Made by a program: the position numbers and the translations under genes. Below are positions 56,152 through 64,000 of a stretch of DNA of 64,000 bases, one piece after another. Every line of letters begins with the position of its first letter. The first letter of the stretch is position 1. The notes beneath the pieces were generated by a model that was given only the letters and a program-made list of their open reading frames with translations, was not told the origin of the DNA and searched no databases. The DNA is from Candidatus Bathyarchaeota archaeon RBG_16_48_13 (GTDB lineage Archaea > Thermoproteota > Bathyarchaeia > RBG-16-48-13), in contig MEZH01000004.1 in NCBI GenBank assembly GCA_001775995.1, forward strand, positions 44,456-108,455, written 5' to 3'.

Positions 56152-57536
56152 TCACCATAGCTCTTGAGTGCTCCCATGGCCTTTACCGCCCTTTCAGGGA
56201 TAGGATAGGTCGGGATCCCTCTTTTCTCAAGCTGATTGACAACTTTTGCGGTGTATTCACCGCCAATACAACATAAGACTATCGGTTTCTTGCTTCTAGA
56301 GCAAATATCGTCTAAAACGTCCACAATGTCGGTCGATAGGAGAGGCGCCTGCAAAAGAACATTGACCACGGCTCCATCAATCTCATCGTTCTCCAGAAAG
56401 GCCTTCTCCAAAGCCACCTTGTATCGCCCGATATCAGTATCACCAGTCACATCTATGGGATTATGGGTTATGCAATGAGATGGGAAAACCTTCTTCAATT
56501 CCTCTTGAATTGTAGGTGAAAGCTCTTGGACTATAAGTCCGGATTTCTCGCAAGCATCAACGGCCATGACGCCGCAACCGCCTCCGTTAGTGAGGATTAG
56601 GACTCGGTTATTCTTCAACGCAGGCTGAGAAGACAGAGCCTTGGCCATGTCGAACATGTCCTCGAAATCGTTAGCTTCAATTATACCGCTCTGTTTCATC
56701 GCCGCCTCATAAATCTTATAGGTTCCAGCCAGAGAGCCCGTATGAGATTTTGCGGCAGCAGCGCCCCGCATGGTCTTCCCCGCTTTTATTAGGATTACGG
56801 GTTTTGTGGCGGACGCCTTCGCCGCAGCCCTCATGAAATCATGCCCCTCGCCCTCATCTATGCCCTCAATGTAGGCGGCGATGACCTTGGTCGATGAGTC
56901 ACCCGCCAAATATTCTAGAAGATCAGAATCATCAACGTCGCTCATGTTCCCATAGCTGATACATTTGCTCATGCCCATCCCCGCGTAGGATGCCCAGTCA
57001 AGGATGGCTGCCCCGAAAGCGCCACTCTGGGTCATAAAGGTTATAGAACCGGGTTTGGGTCGACCCATCTTCTCAGGCGTAAAGAAGAAAGTATCCACTT
57101 TGGACGTTCCGTCGAATATTCCTATGCAATTTGGTCCTATTATTCTGACTCCGCTCTTCTTTGACATTTCAGTCAGAATTCGCTCTCGATCAGCACCTTC
57201 AGGCCCGATCTCCTTGAAGCCACCGCTAATTATGACAACTGTTTTGACGCCCTTCTCGATGCACTCTCCCATAATATTTGGGACGATAGCGGCAGGAACC
57301 AGAACAACCGCCAAGTCCACCTCTGAAGGGATATCTTTGACAGTAGGGTAGCAAGGGTGCCCAAACAGCTGCGAATACTTGGGGTTCACGGCAAAGATCT
57401 TTCCAGCAAAACCATTATGAAGGAAATTCTCATAGACTACTGTACCGATCTTGTTATGAATATCTGAGGCCCCAATTATCGCCACCGCCTTCGGGTGAAA
57501 AAAGGGCTTCAGAGAAGACGATCCAACTCTTCCCAT
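56133..57536 (-). CDS. acdA: Acetate/acyl-CoA ligase (ADP-forming) alpha subunit
   Basis: VAIIGAS, IISGGFKE, IIGPNCIG, SQS/TQSGAFG, KSHTGSLAG with phospho-His, TNGGG.GVMAVD, NPIDVTGD; start re-assigned to ATG 57536. Confidence 0.93.
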   Translation of the reverse strand: MGRVGSSSLKPFFHPKAVAIIGASDIHNKIGTVVYENFLHNGFAGKIFAVNPKYSQLFGHPCYPTVKDIPSEVDLAVVLVPAAIVPNIMGECIEKGVKTVVIISGGFKEIGPEGADRERILTEMSKKSGVRIIGPNCIGIFDGTSKVDTFFFTPEKMGRPKPGSITFMTQSGAFGAAILDWASYAGMGMSKCISYGNMSDVDDSDLLEYLAGDSSTKVIAAYIEGIDEGEGHDFMRAAAKASATKPVILIKAGKTMRGAAAAKSHTGSLAGTYKIYEAAMKQSGIIEANDFEDMFDMAKALSSQPALKNNRVLILTNGGGCGVMAVDACEKSGLIVQELSPTIQEELKKVFPSHCITHNPIDVTGDTDIGRYKVALEKAFLENDEIDGAVVNVLLQAPLLSTDIVDVLDDICSRSKKPIVLCCIGGEYTAKVVNQLEKRGIPTYPIPERAVKAMGALKSYGDWLKKK

Positions 57537-57688
57537 TAAGATGGCACCGAACACTCGCCAAGATAATGTAGGTAGTATAAGTGTTTATGGAATCGCGTTG
57601 TCAAGATCAAGGCCGAGAGATGCCCACGATCATCTGGAGCATAGACGATATATGACAGGAGCAAGACTTGTTTGGTAGGTGACATCCC

Positions 57689-58036
57689 ATGAAGATCATA
57701 GCCGGAGGCCGTTTCAAGCTTCCATTCGTAGGGAAAGAAACATATATTGAATTGATGAGGGCGGGACTAGGTTACAATAGGAAAGACGGAACATTCTTCC
57801 TGAAGGAAACAGAAAATGTAGACACCGCAAAGGTTCTACTTCAAAGAATCCTTAGGGAGGAAGTGGTCTTTGCACAACGCTGCTTCATTTGCGAATCGCA
57901 CTTTACGTGTTCTATTTGCGCTTATAAAGAGAAGTGCAGAACACCTGATCTGCCTCTTTGTTGTATCTGTTATCAGTGCAGGACAAGAACGAATCTATAC
58001 GATCTCTATCTCGAAAAGAGTAGGAGAATGATTTGA
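57689..58036 (+). CDS. Cys-rich hypothetical protein (putative Zn or Fe-S binding)
   Basis: Nine Cys in CxxC-x5-CxxC-x5-C-x7-CCxCxxC; SD-like GGTGA before the ATG. Confidence 0.7.
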   Translation: MKIIAGGRFKLPFVGKETYIELMRAGLGYNRKDGTFFLKETENVDTAKVLLQRILREEVVFAQRCFICESHFTCSICAYKEKCRTPDLPLCCICYQCRTRTNLYDLYLEKSRRMI

Positions 58037-58081
58037 AGGACTCTTCAGAGATCAATGCTATGACATGTGGAGGATAGAAGG

Positions 58082-58615
58082 TCAGTTTTCTCTGACATGT
58101 TTCACGACGTGCCCGATTTCAGGTATTATAAGTTTTCCCAAGGCAACCTCAACGGCTTGAGTGGAGCCAGGGATGCAGAAAACTACCTTGTCTCCTATTG
58201 TACCAGCGATGGCCCGAGTTAACATGGCTGCAGAACCAATAGTTGAATAGCTGATCTTTCTCATAAGCTCACCAAAACCGGGCAATGTCTTAGCAAACAT
58301 GGGTTCAATTGTCTCGATGGTCACATCGCTTCGTGTTATGCCGGTTCCGCCGCAAGTAATAATGGCATCCACTTCTTCTGCAGCGACAAGAGCCTTCAAG
58401 GCGTTGATTATTGAGGATTTGTCATCGGGGATAATTCTCCTGAAACTCACTTTGTGCCCTGCATCCTCAAGGAGCTTCATGGCTGCGTCACCCGACTGAT
58501 CTTTGACAGCGACCCCATTGGTCAGTTGTTTCATCCTGGATGTGCTTATGGTCAAGATCGCAAATGTCAGTTTTTTTGGAGCAGAAGCTCTGTGTTCTTC
58601 CACAGTCTTACTCAT
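58082..58615 (-). CDS. moaB: Molybdopterin adenylyltransferase MoaB/MogA
   Basis: ILTISTSR, DQSG, IIPDD, TCGGTGITRSDVTIE, LPGFGELMR, AMLTRA, IPGS. Confidence 0.9.
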   Translation of the reverse strand: MSKTVEEHRASAPKKLTFAILTISTSRMKQLTNGVAVKDQSGDAAMKLLEDAGHKVSFRRIIPDDKSSIINALKALVAAEEVDAIITCGGTGITRSDVTIETIEPMFAKTLPGFGELMRKISYSTIGSAAMLTRAIAGTIGDKVVFCIPGSTQAVEVALGKLIIPEIGHVVKHVREN

Positions 58616-58744
58616 TGGAATTGCACCTATCTTGATGATAGTGGATCACTAATTTCGCTGCCAAGGGATAATCAATTTGTTCTTTTTCAAACATCAACCT
58701 TCACCCCTGCTTTCACCGGGCATACGAATTCCTTACTTGAGATT

Positions 58745-59260
58745 CTAAGAGTGATTTTTCTTTGAATTGACCTCGTCTTTCTCGTACGGCCCAGACAATT
58801 GGGAAGGAGAGGGCCCTCCGAGAGTTGATTCTTGAACAGCCTTCTGTCTCATCTTGAGATCGAGTATGGCTTTTATGATTGGGTTGGGGTTTGCCCTGGC
58901 TTCTTTTAGAATATGGAGAAAATCGGATGCCTCCACGAGGGCTTGACGGAGTTGTTCTAGCCCCAAGCGAGAGTTTGTCAACGGCTCGGTAGTCCTTTGA
59001 AACAATATTTCCCTAAAAGTGTTGAGTCTTTGAACCATGGCTTCATAATGGTGATTTATGGTATGAAACCTCTCGGGCTTTAGTGAAACTGCTTCTTCCC
59101 TCAAAGCAACCGCTGACTCCAATAGGACCGCAACCGGTTTCTCAACCCTTTCCCAGACCACGTTTGGAGCCATTCTCTCAAAGAAGATTCCGCCAGTCAG
59201 GTCTATCGCTATTTTTCTCAATAATAGCTCGAAGTCTGTGGAAGCCTTATCCTCAGTCAT
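58745..59260 (-). CDS. Hypothetical helical protein
   Basis: 171-aa ORF with ATG start, co-oriented with the cdc6-wHTH pair; no motif recognised. Confidence 0.65.
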   Translation of the reverse strand: MTEDKASTDFELLLRKIAIDLTGGIFFERMAPNVVWERVEKPVAVLLESAVALREEAVSLKPERFHTINHHYEAMVQRLNTFREILFQRTTEPLTNSRLGLEQLRQALVEASDFLHILKEARANPNPIIKAILDLKMRQKAVQESTLGGPSPSQLSGPYEKDEVNSKKNHS

Positions 59261-59335
59261 CGGTAATTCCTGGGCATGTCTAAAGAAGATTATTCTAGAT
59301 TTATGTGCTTTGTTGCAGGTACCGGAACGGCTACT

Positions 59336-59650
59336 CTAGACGTACTTGATTCTTGTAAAGAAATCTATTAGATGGGGGATGTTGGGGTTTCTTGAATTCA
59401 CTCGGTATTTTTTCAAGTCGTTTATCTGGGTGGATTGAACCCATCCTGTTTCAACTAGTTTGCTCAGATGCTCCTCTACGGCCTTGCCCTTGAGTCCCGT
59501 CAAGACGGCGATCTTGTACTTTGTTAGAGACTCTTCTCGAGAAGGATTCTTGATCAAAAACTTTAGGATTCGAAGTCGTGCTTCTCTGCCGAGTCCTTTT
59601 TCTATCAGTTCATCAACTTCAGCATGATTTTCTTTTCTTATACTACGCAT
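59336..59650 (-). CDS. Small winged-helix (ArsR-like) DNA-binding protein
   Basis: ARLRILKFL, LTKYKIAVLTGL...VEEHLSKLVETGWV, KKYRVN; start overlaps the cdc6 stop. Confidence 0.8.
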   Translation of the reverse strand: MRSIRKENHAEVDELIEKGLGREARLRILKFLIKNPSREESLTKYKIAVLTGLKGKAVEEHLSKLVETGWVQSTQINDLKKYRVNSRNPNIPHLIDFFTRIKYV

Positions 59651-60824
59651 TCTTGGCCCTTCTCTCTAGAGTTAAAATCACCCTATCGAAATCTTCCATC
59701 GTGGCACCAGTTATGGTTATTCCTTTATCCAATCTGTATTCTATGAAACTTCTAAGGCTCAAATCCTGAATGTGATTCCTAAAAGTTCTATATGAGTCAG
59801 GAGAGATGTTTTCCTCCTCACACACGAGAAGATAGTCTTGCCAACACTCCTGGATTGACACATAAGGTCTTTGGCGGGTCTTGAGAGCTCTGACCGTCGC
59901 CTTGAGAACTGGCAATTCTCGGTCGCTAAGCGTCATGAGGTCCTCTGTCCTCATGCCCGGGAAACTATCTTTCGCAACCAACCTGACGTATTCTGGGATG
60001 ATTTTCCTAGAACCTTTGGTGTCGGCAACCAAGCCGCTGTAAAAGAGTATGTCCAAGGCAAACCGGCAATCACCAGGATTCAAAGATTTGTTGGCAGCAA
60101 TATCAGCTATGTATGCGATGGTTTCTTCTGACAAGGCGCCTTCCTTGAAGGCTTCTTCAGCTCTCTTTGTCAAGATGGCATTCAGTTGCTCGGCTTTGTA
60201 GCTTGAGAGTTGCAACTTCAAATCGCCTAGAGTGCTCTTTTCTGATGGGTCTAGGAGGTTGCACCAAGTGAAGTCTCTAGAGATGAAAATGGCACCCACT
60301 ACTGGCCCGAATGGACTCAGCATTATTTCATTGATCCTGGTGAGGTCGTATATTACCGAGCCTATGTCTTTCTGCTCCTTCATTCTTCTAATTAGGTAGT
60401 CAATCTCATCTAGAGCTAATATGACGAATAACCCCTCACCATGAAGATAGTTTACAAGTTGAGTTAACATCTCCTCGGGAGAGAGACCGCGTGAGAGGAG
60501 ATCAGGTGAGATTTTCTCCAAAAGCTTCCGATACAAGAGAAAACGGGAACCCGCTTCGAGCTTGCAATTTGTGTAGACAAACTTCAAGGGGATCTTTAGA
60601 GCATTTGCCTCTTTTTCGAATTCTCTTCCAAAGCTCAGGACTGTACAGGTCTTTCCTGAGCCTACCTCACCGTGCATGCGCAGGATCTTCTCAGAGGTTC
60701 TTCCGGACTTCTCCAAGAAATCCCCGAAGATCCCGTGGAGGAGGCCTATCTGCTCCCTCCTGTAGGGCAAATCTGCAGGTATGTATTGTGGAGAAAGTCT
60801 CTCCTTGTCGGCAAAGACGGTCAA
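59643..60824 (-). CDS. cdc6: Orc1/Cdc6-family AAA+ ATPase (paralog)
   Basis: LSPQYIPADLPYR, Walker A GEVGSGKT, YTNC, Walker B LALDEID, sensor GDCRFALDIL, C-terminal winged helix. Confidence 0.85.
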   Translation of the reverse strand: MTVFADKERLSPQYIPADLPYRREQIGLLHGIFGDFLEKSGRTSEKILRMHGEVGSGKTCTVLSFGREFEKEANALKIPLKFVYTNCKLEAGSRFLLYRKLLEKISPDLLSRGLSPEEMLTQLVNYLHGEGLFVILALDEIDYLIRRMKEQKDIGSVIYDLTRINEIMLSPFGPVVGAIFISRDFTWCNLLDPSEKSTLGDLKLQLSSYKAEQLNAILTKRAEEAFKEGALSEETIAYIADIAANKSLNPGDCRFALDILFYSGLVADTKGSRKIIPEYVRLVAKDSFPGMRTEDLMTLSDRELPVLKATVRALKTRQRPYVSIQECWQDYLLVCEEENISPDSYRTFRNHIQDLSLRSFIEYRLDKGITITGATMEDFDRVILTLERRAKNA

Positions 60825-60859
60825 CTTGAGATTACCACCCGAAATTGTATGATCAGTTC

Positions 60860-61888
60860 TTAGAATTGCCTACTCAAAGCCACCCATAGATGGTCAGAGA
60901 TGGGTCTCGTCAAATCCCTTGCTGAGGAATTGCGTGACACAATCTTTCTTCCTTCAGATTTCTTGACAATCTCACCCACTATGGCTGCTGGTATGCCTTT
61001 CTTTCTTATTCCTTCAAGTATTCTCTCAGCTTTCCTTCTCTGTGCTGTGATCAGAAGGCAACCGGAGCTGATCAGTTGTAGCGGATCTATGCCGAAGAGA
61101 TGGCATATCTTGATTGTTTCTGGAAGGATTAGCAGGGAGTCTTCATGGACTCGGAAGCCGGTCTCGGCCGCATCCGCGACTTCGTGGAGTCCTCCCGCCA
61201 GGCCGCCTTCGGTTGGATCATGCATGGCGGTCACCCCACCGCTTTCCACTGCAGTCATAGCTTCATCCACAATGCTGATCTTCTCGAAGAAAAGTTCGGC
61301 CCTTTTCGCAAAATCGGACCCATATTTCTTGGTGACAACCATACGTCTATCGGAGGCCAGAATGGCTGTACCTTCGATCCCTACACCTTTCGTAATGATT
61401 ATTTCGTCTCCCGGTTTGGCTCCACCAGATGTTACGTATGATCCCCCATCGGTGATGCCGAACATACAGCCAACCACGATGGGATGGACTAGAGTCGGTG
61501 TAGCCTCGGAGTGACCACCCACTATTGCTATTCTGAGTCCTTTGGCGGCTTTGTCTATCTGAGAACAGATGTTCTCGAGAGCAAATCTATCTGAGTTTTC
61601 GGGCATAAGGATGGTTGATACGAACCATCTCGGTTTCACTCCACGAACTGCTATATCGTTGGCGCACACTTGAAGCGCCAACCATCCGACCTTTTCCACC
61701 GCGCCCGTCACCGGATCTGATGAGATTACGAGATACTCCTTGCCCAACTTGATGATGGCGGCATCCTCTCCAACAGCCGGACCCATCATTACTTCTGGGA
61801 GTTTTGCCCCTAGATGCTTGAGGACAACCTCTCGAAATATCTGAAGAGGTATCTTGCCAAGGGGAAGAGACAAGGTGTTCATATCCAA
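60860..61888 (-). CDS. AIR synthase-related (PurM/HypE/ThiL superfamily) protein
   Basis: GEDAAII, SSDPVTG, ANDIAV, IVGGHSE, GAKPGD, AMHDPTEGG, LISSG. Confidence 0.8.
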   Translation of the reverse strand: MDMNTLSLPLGKIPLQIFREVVLKHLGAKLPEVMMGPAVGEDAAIIKLGKEYLVISSDPVTGAVEKVGWLALQVCANDIAVRGVKPRWFVSTILMPENSDRFALENICSQIDKAAKGLRIAIVGGHSEATPTLVHPIVVGCMFGITDGGSYVTSGGAKPGDEIIITKGVGIEGTAILASDRRMVVTKKYGSDFAKRAELFFEKISIVDEAMTAVESGGVTAMHDPTEGGLAGGLHEVADAAETGFRVHEDSLLILPETIKICHLFGIDPLQLISSGCLLITAQRRKAERILEGIRKKGIPAAIVGEIVKKSEGRKIVSRNSSARDLTRPISDHLWVALSRQF

Positions 61889-62140
61889 GTCTGAAATAGA
61901 GCATTTAGGCTATAATAAGAATATTTGCCAGTTGCATTATCAGGTCATGGACTTTTGTAGGACGTAAGAGAATGAGAGGTTCTTGTACAATCAAAGTGGC
62001 AACATGATGGCCCCTATTAGAATCAAAGGAACACTTGAAAGCAATAAATCTCTCATAACGCCCCTAAGAGATGCGATCTATTTAATACAATGCCGTCAAA
62101 AATAATATTTTACACCACCTATAAGCATAGGTAGTTCGAA

Positions 62141-62884
62141 TTGCCCCCACCCAGAGACGAATTGTTATACTTTGTGGGTTGCACCACATCCTATCGAAAT
62201 GATGAAATAGCCAAGGCAACAGTGCAAATCTTGGAGAAAGCTAAGATATCTTTCTCAATCTTGGGGCTCGAAGAGAAGTGCTGCGGGGTTCCTCTCGCTA
62301 GTGCTGGTTTCGACGGTACGTTTGAATCGCTAGCACGTCACAACACTGGGGTCATTGAGGGAAGAAGAACAAACTTGGTACTAACTACTTGTCCATCATG
62401 TTGCAGGGCGCTGAGAATAGACTATCCAAGGCTTCTAGGAAAGGTCAATTTCAGAACCGTTCACATAAGTGAGTTACTTTTGGATTTGATGAATGATGGA
62501 CGCCTGAAGTTTATACATCCCGGAAATAACCGAACTATTGTCACATACCACGATCCATGCCATCTAGGACTTCATATGGGCATCTACGACCAACCCCGAA
62601 GGGTTCTGAAGGGTATTCCAGGGATAGTGCTAGTGGAAATGGATCGCATCCGAGAGAGAAGCTATTGCTGTGGATCAGGAAGTGGCCCCTTGAGGGCGGC
62701 ATTCCCAGAACTTGCCATGAGCATGAGTGAAGAAAGGGTGAAAGAAGCCAAGGCCACTGGTGCAGAGATTCTGGTCACCAGTTGCCCGGACTGCCTATTT
62801 AATCTGGAACAGGCCTCAAAGCGCATCAGGTCGGGTCTAACTGTCATGGACCTTTGTGTAATGATTGCTAGTCGATTGGCTTAA
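62141..62884 (+). CDS. CCG-domain Fe-S oxidoreductase (HdrD/GlcF/LutA-like)
   Basis: YFVGCTTSY, EKCCG, TTCPSC, YHDPCHLG, YCCGSG, TSCPDC; two CCG domains. Confidence 0.88.
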   Translation: MPPPRDELLYFVGCTTSYRNDEIAKATVQILEKAKISFSILGLEEKCCGVPLASAGFDGTFESLARHNTGVIEGRRTNLVLTTCPSCCRALRIDYPRLLGKVNFRTVHISELLLDLMNDGRLKFIHPGNNRTIVTYHDPCHLGLHMGIYDQPRRVLKGIPGIVLVEMDRIRERSYCCGSGSGPLRAAFPELAMSMSEERVKEAKATGAEILVTSCPDCLFNLEQASKRIRSGLTVMDLCVMIASRLA

Positions 62885-62899
62885 ACCGGGGGACTGAAG

Positions 62900-64000
62900 G
62901 TGAGTGAAACCTACTTTCAAGAAAAACGAAGAGAGATAAAGAAGAGGGTCCGAGACGAGAGACTGGATGCAATAAGGAAGTCTGACAAAGAAGGCTGGAA
63001 GCGGAGAACCTCTGTTGAAAAAAGAATAAACCTCATCGAGTTGGCGAGACAGGTCAGAGCCGTCAAAGAAGATTCCTTGAAAAGGCTAGATGAACTCGTG
63101 AAAATAGCGAGGGAAAGCTTAGAGAGAAATGGAATCCAGACGTATTACGCGCGGACTGCAAAAGAAGCGGCCGACATATTTCTCGAGGTAATAGGGGATG
63201 CAAAATTCGTTGCAAAATCAGCAGCTGACGTTCCCAATGAGATAGGTCTCCCCAGAATTCTCGAAAAGAAAGGTATAGAACTACTCAATACGGATTTCGG
63301 ATACTTGCTGTGGAACTTCGTTCCCGAGGAATATGGTTCCACAAAGGGTATACCCATGGTGCACATTTCCTTGGAGACCATGGCGAAGGCCATCTCGAAG
63401 AAGACTGGTACTCATGTCAAGCCTGAACGCGAAGACATTCTGAGAAATGTGAAGAAGGTAGCTGAAAGATTCTTGGGAAAAGCAGAGGTTGGTCTCACGG
63501 GCGCCAACGCCATCGCAGCCAATGAGGGTTCCATAGTGTTGATTCATGAGCAGGGCAACATCAACCGGGTCATCAGTCTGCCTCAACATGTGGTAATGGC
63601 GGGGATCGACAAGGTTGTGCCGACGCTTCTGGACTCAGTAGCTATTGCCGAGCTGACTTCCGTCTATCAGCTTGGTCGACCCCCCAGTAACATGAACATA
63701 GTGAGCGCGCCTACGGAAGATTGGAACATGGAACTCAAGCCGACCAGAGGCATATTTGGCTCCAGAGAGATCCACGTCATAATGGTCGACAACGGGAGGA
63801 CAAAGGCGATAGAAAAGGGGTTCGCTGAATGTCTCTACTGCACCAGATGCTTCGCGTGCCACAACGTTTGTCCCGCTCAAGAACGAGTTCGGAACCTCTT
63901 CGGATATAATAATTCGTACATTTCTGGAAGAGGAATAATTCTCTCTGCCTTCGTCGCTGGACTGAAGGAGGCCGTGGAGAGCGGGCTGTTCCTATGTACC
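62900..64000 (+). CDS. LutB-like LUD plus 4Fe-4S protein (runs off the right edge)
   Basis: Manual translation from GTG 62900 stays open to 64000: GLTGANAIAANEG, GIDKVVP, IHVIMVDNGR, CLYCTRCFACHNVCP, ..LFLCT. Confidence 0.82.
   Translation, partial: MSETYFQEKRREIKKRVRDERLDAIRKSDKEGWKRRTSVEKRINLIELARQVRAVKEDSLKRLDELVKIARESLERNGIQTYYARTAKEAADIFLEVIGDAKFVAKSAADVPNEIGLPRILEKKGIELLNTDFGYLLWNFVPEEYGSTKGIPMVHISLETMAKAISKKTGTHVKPEREDILRNVKKVAERFLGKAEVGLTGANAIAANEGSIVLIHEQGNINRVISLPQHVVMAGIDKVVPTLLDSVAIAELTSVYQLGRPPSNMNIVSAPTEDWNMELKPTRGIFGSREIHVIMVDNGRTKAIEKGFAECLYCTRCFACHNVCPAQERVRNLFGYNNSYISGRGIILSAFVAGLKEAVESGLFLCT

Noticed and set aside
58690-58830. Frameshifted C-terminus of the 58745..59260 gene
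   Set aside because: An alternative frame reads plausibly for a short stretch, but no slippery site was seen and no homolog is available to test it.
60860-61888. HypE assignment
   Set aside because: No C-terminal PRIC motif and no neighbouring hyp genes.
60825-62140. Replication origin near cdc6
   Set aside because: No ORB or mini-ORB repeats were recognised in 60825..60859 or 61889..62140; the AT-rich spacer looks like a divergent promoter.
1-64000. CRISPR arrays, IS elements, rRNA, inteins, Sec/Pyl read-through
   Set aside because: No regularly spaced repeats, transposases or rRNA-like tracts were seen; RFC, SMC and hydrogenase genes are of normal length and uninterrupted. Inspection was by eye only.

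Overview
Gene-dense archaeal chromosomal window with no CRISPR array, integrase or transposase detected. The mix of GatDE, an RPC34/TFE-beta homolog next to TFB, SMC-ScpAB, an arcadin-1-like gene, a 'DDAGRG' RNase HII and heavy TTG start usage points to a TACK lineage, most likely Bathyarchaeia-like (inference). Contents in order: partial elp3; gatD-gatE-glmS; ECF S-component, stand-alone lipoate-ligase C-terminal domain and DUF47; an ABC importer with two ATPases and no binding protein; purA, rnhB, trm1; an information-processing cluster (rps8e-srp19-gar1-tfb-tfeB-rlmE); smc-scpA-scpB; a divergently transcribed respiratory complex with all 11 core complex I-type subunits whose catalytic subunit keeps both [NiFe] CxxC motifs and is followed by a maturation protease; RFC, IscU, PdaD; a tRNA-Pro(GGG) with two non-canonical introns inside a tRNA-processing neighbourhood (cca, thpR, rnz, trm11); a NikR paralog lacking Ni ligands beside a 22-bp imperfect hairpin; a divergent K+-independent membrane pyrophosphatase; ADP-forming acyl-CoA synthetase; a Cdc6 paralog coupled to a small wHTH gene; and a CCG plus LutB-like pair running off the right end. 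Family calls come from motif recognition by eye, with no database search. Several start sites were re-assigned manually, including two apparent CTG starts and one possible ATA start.
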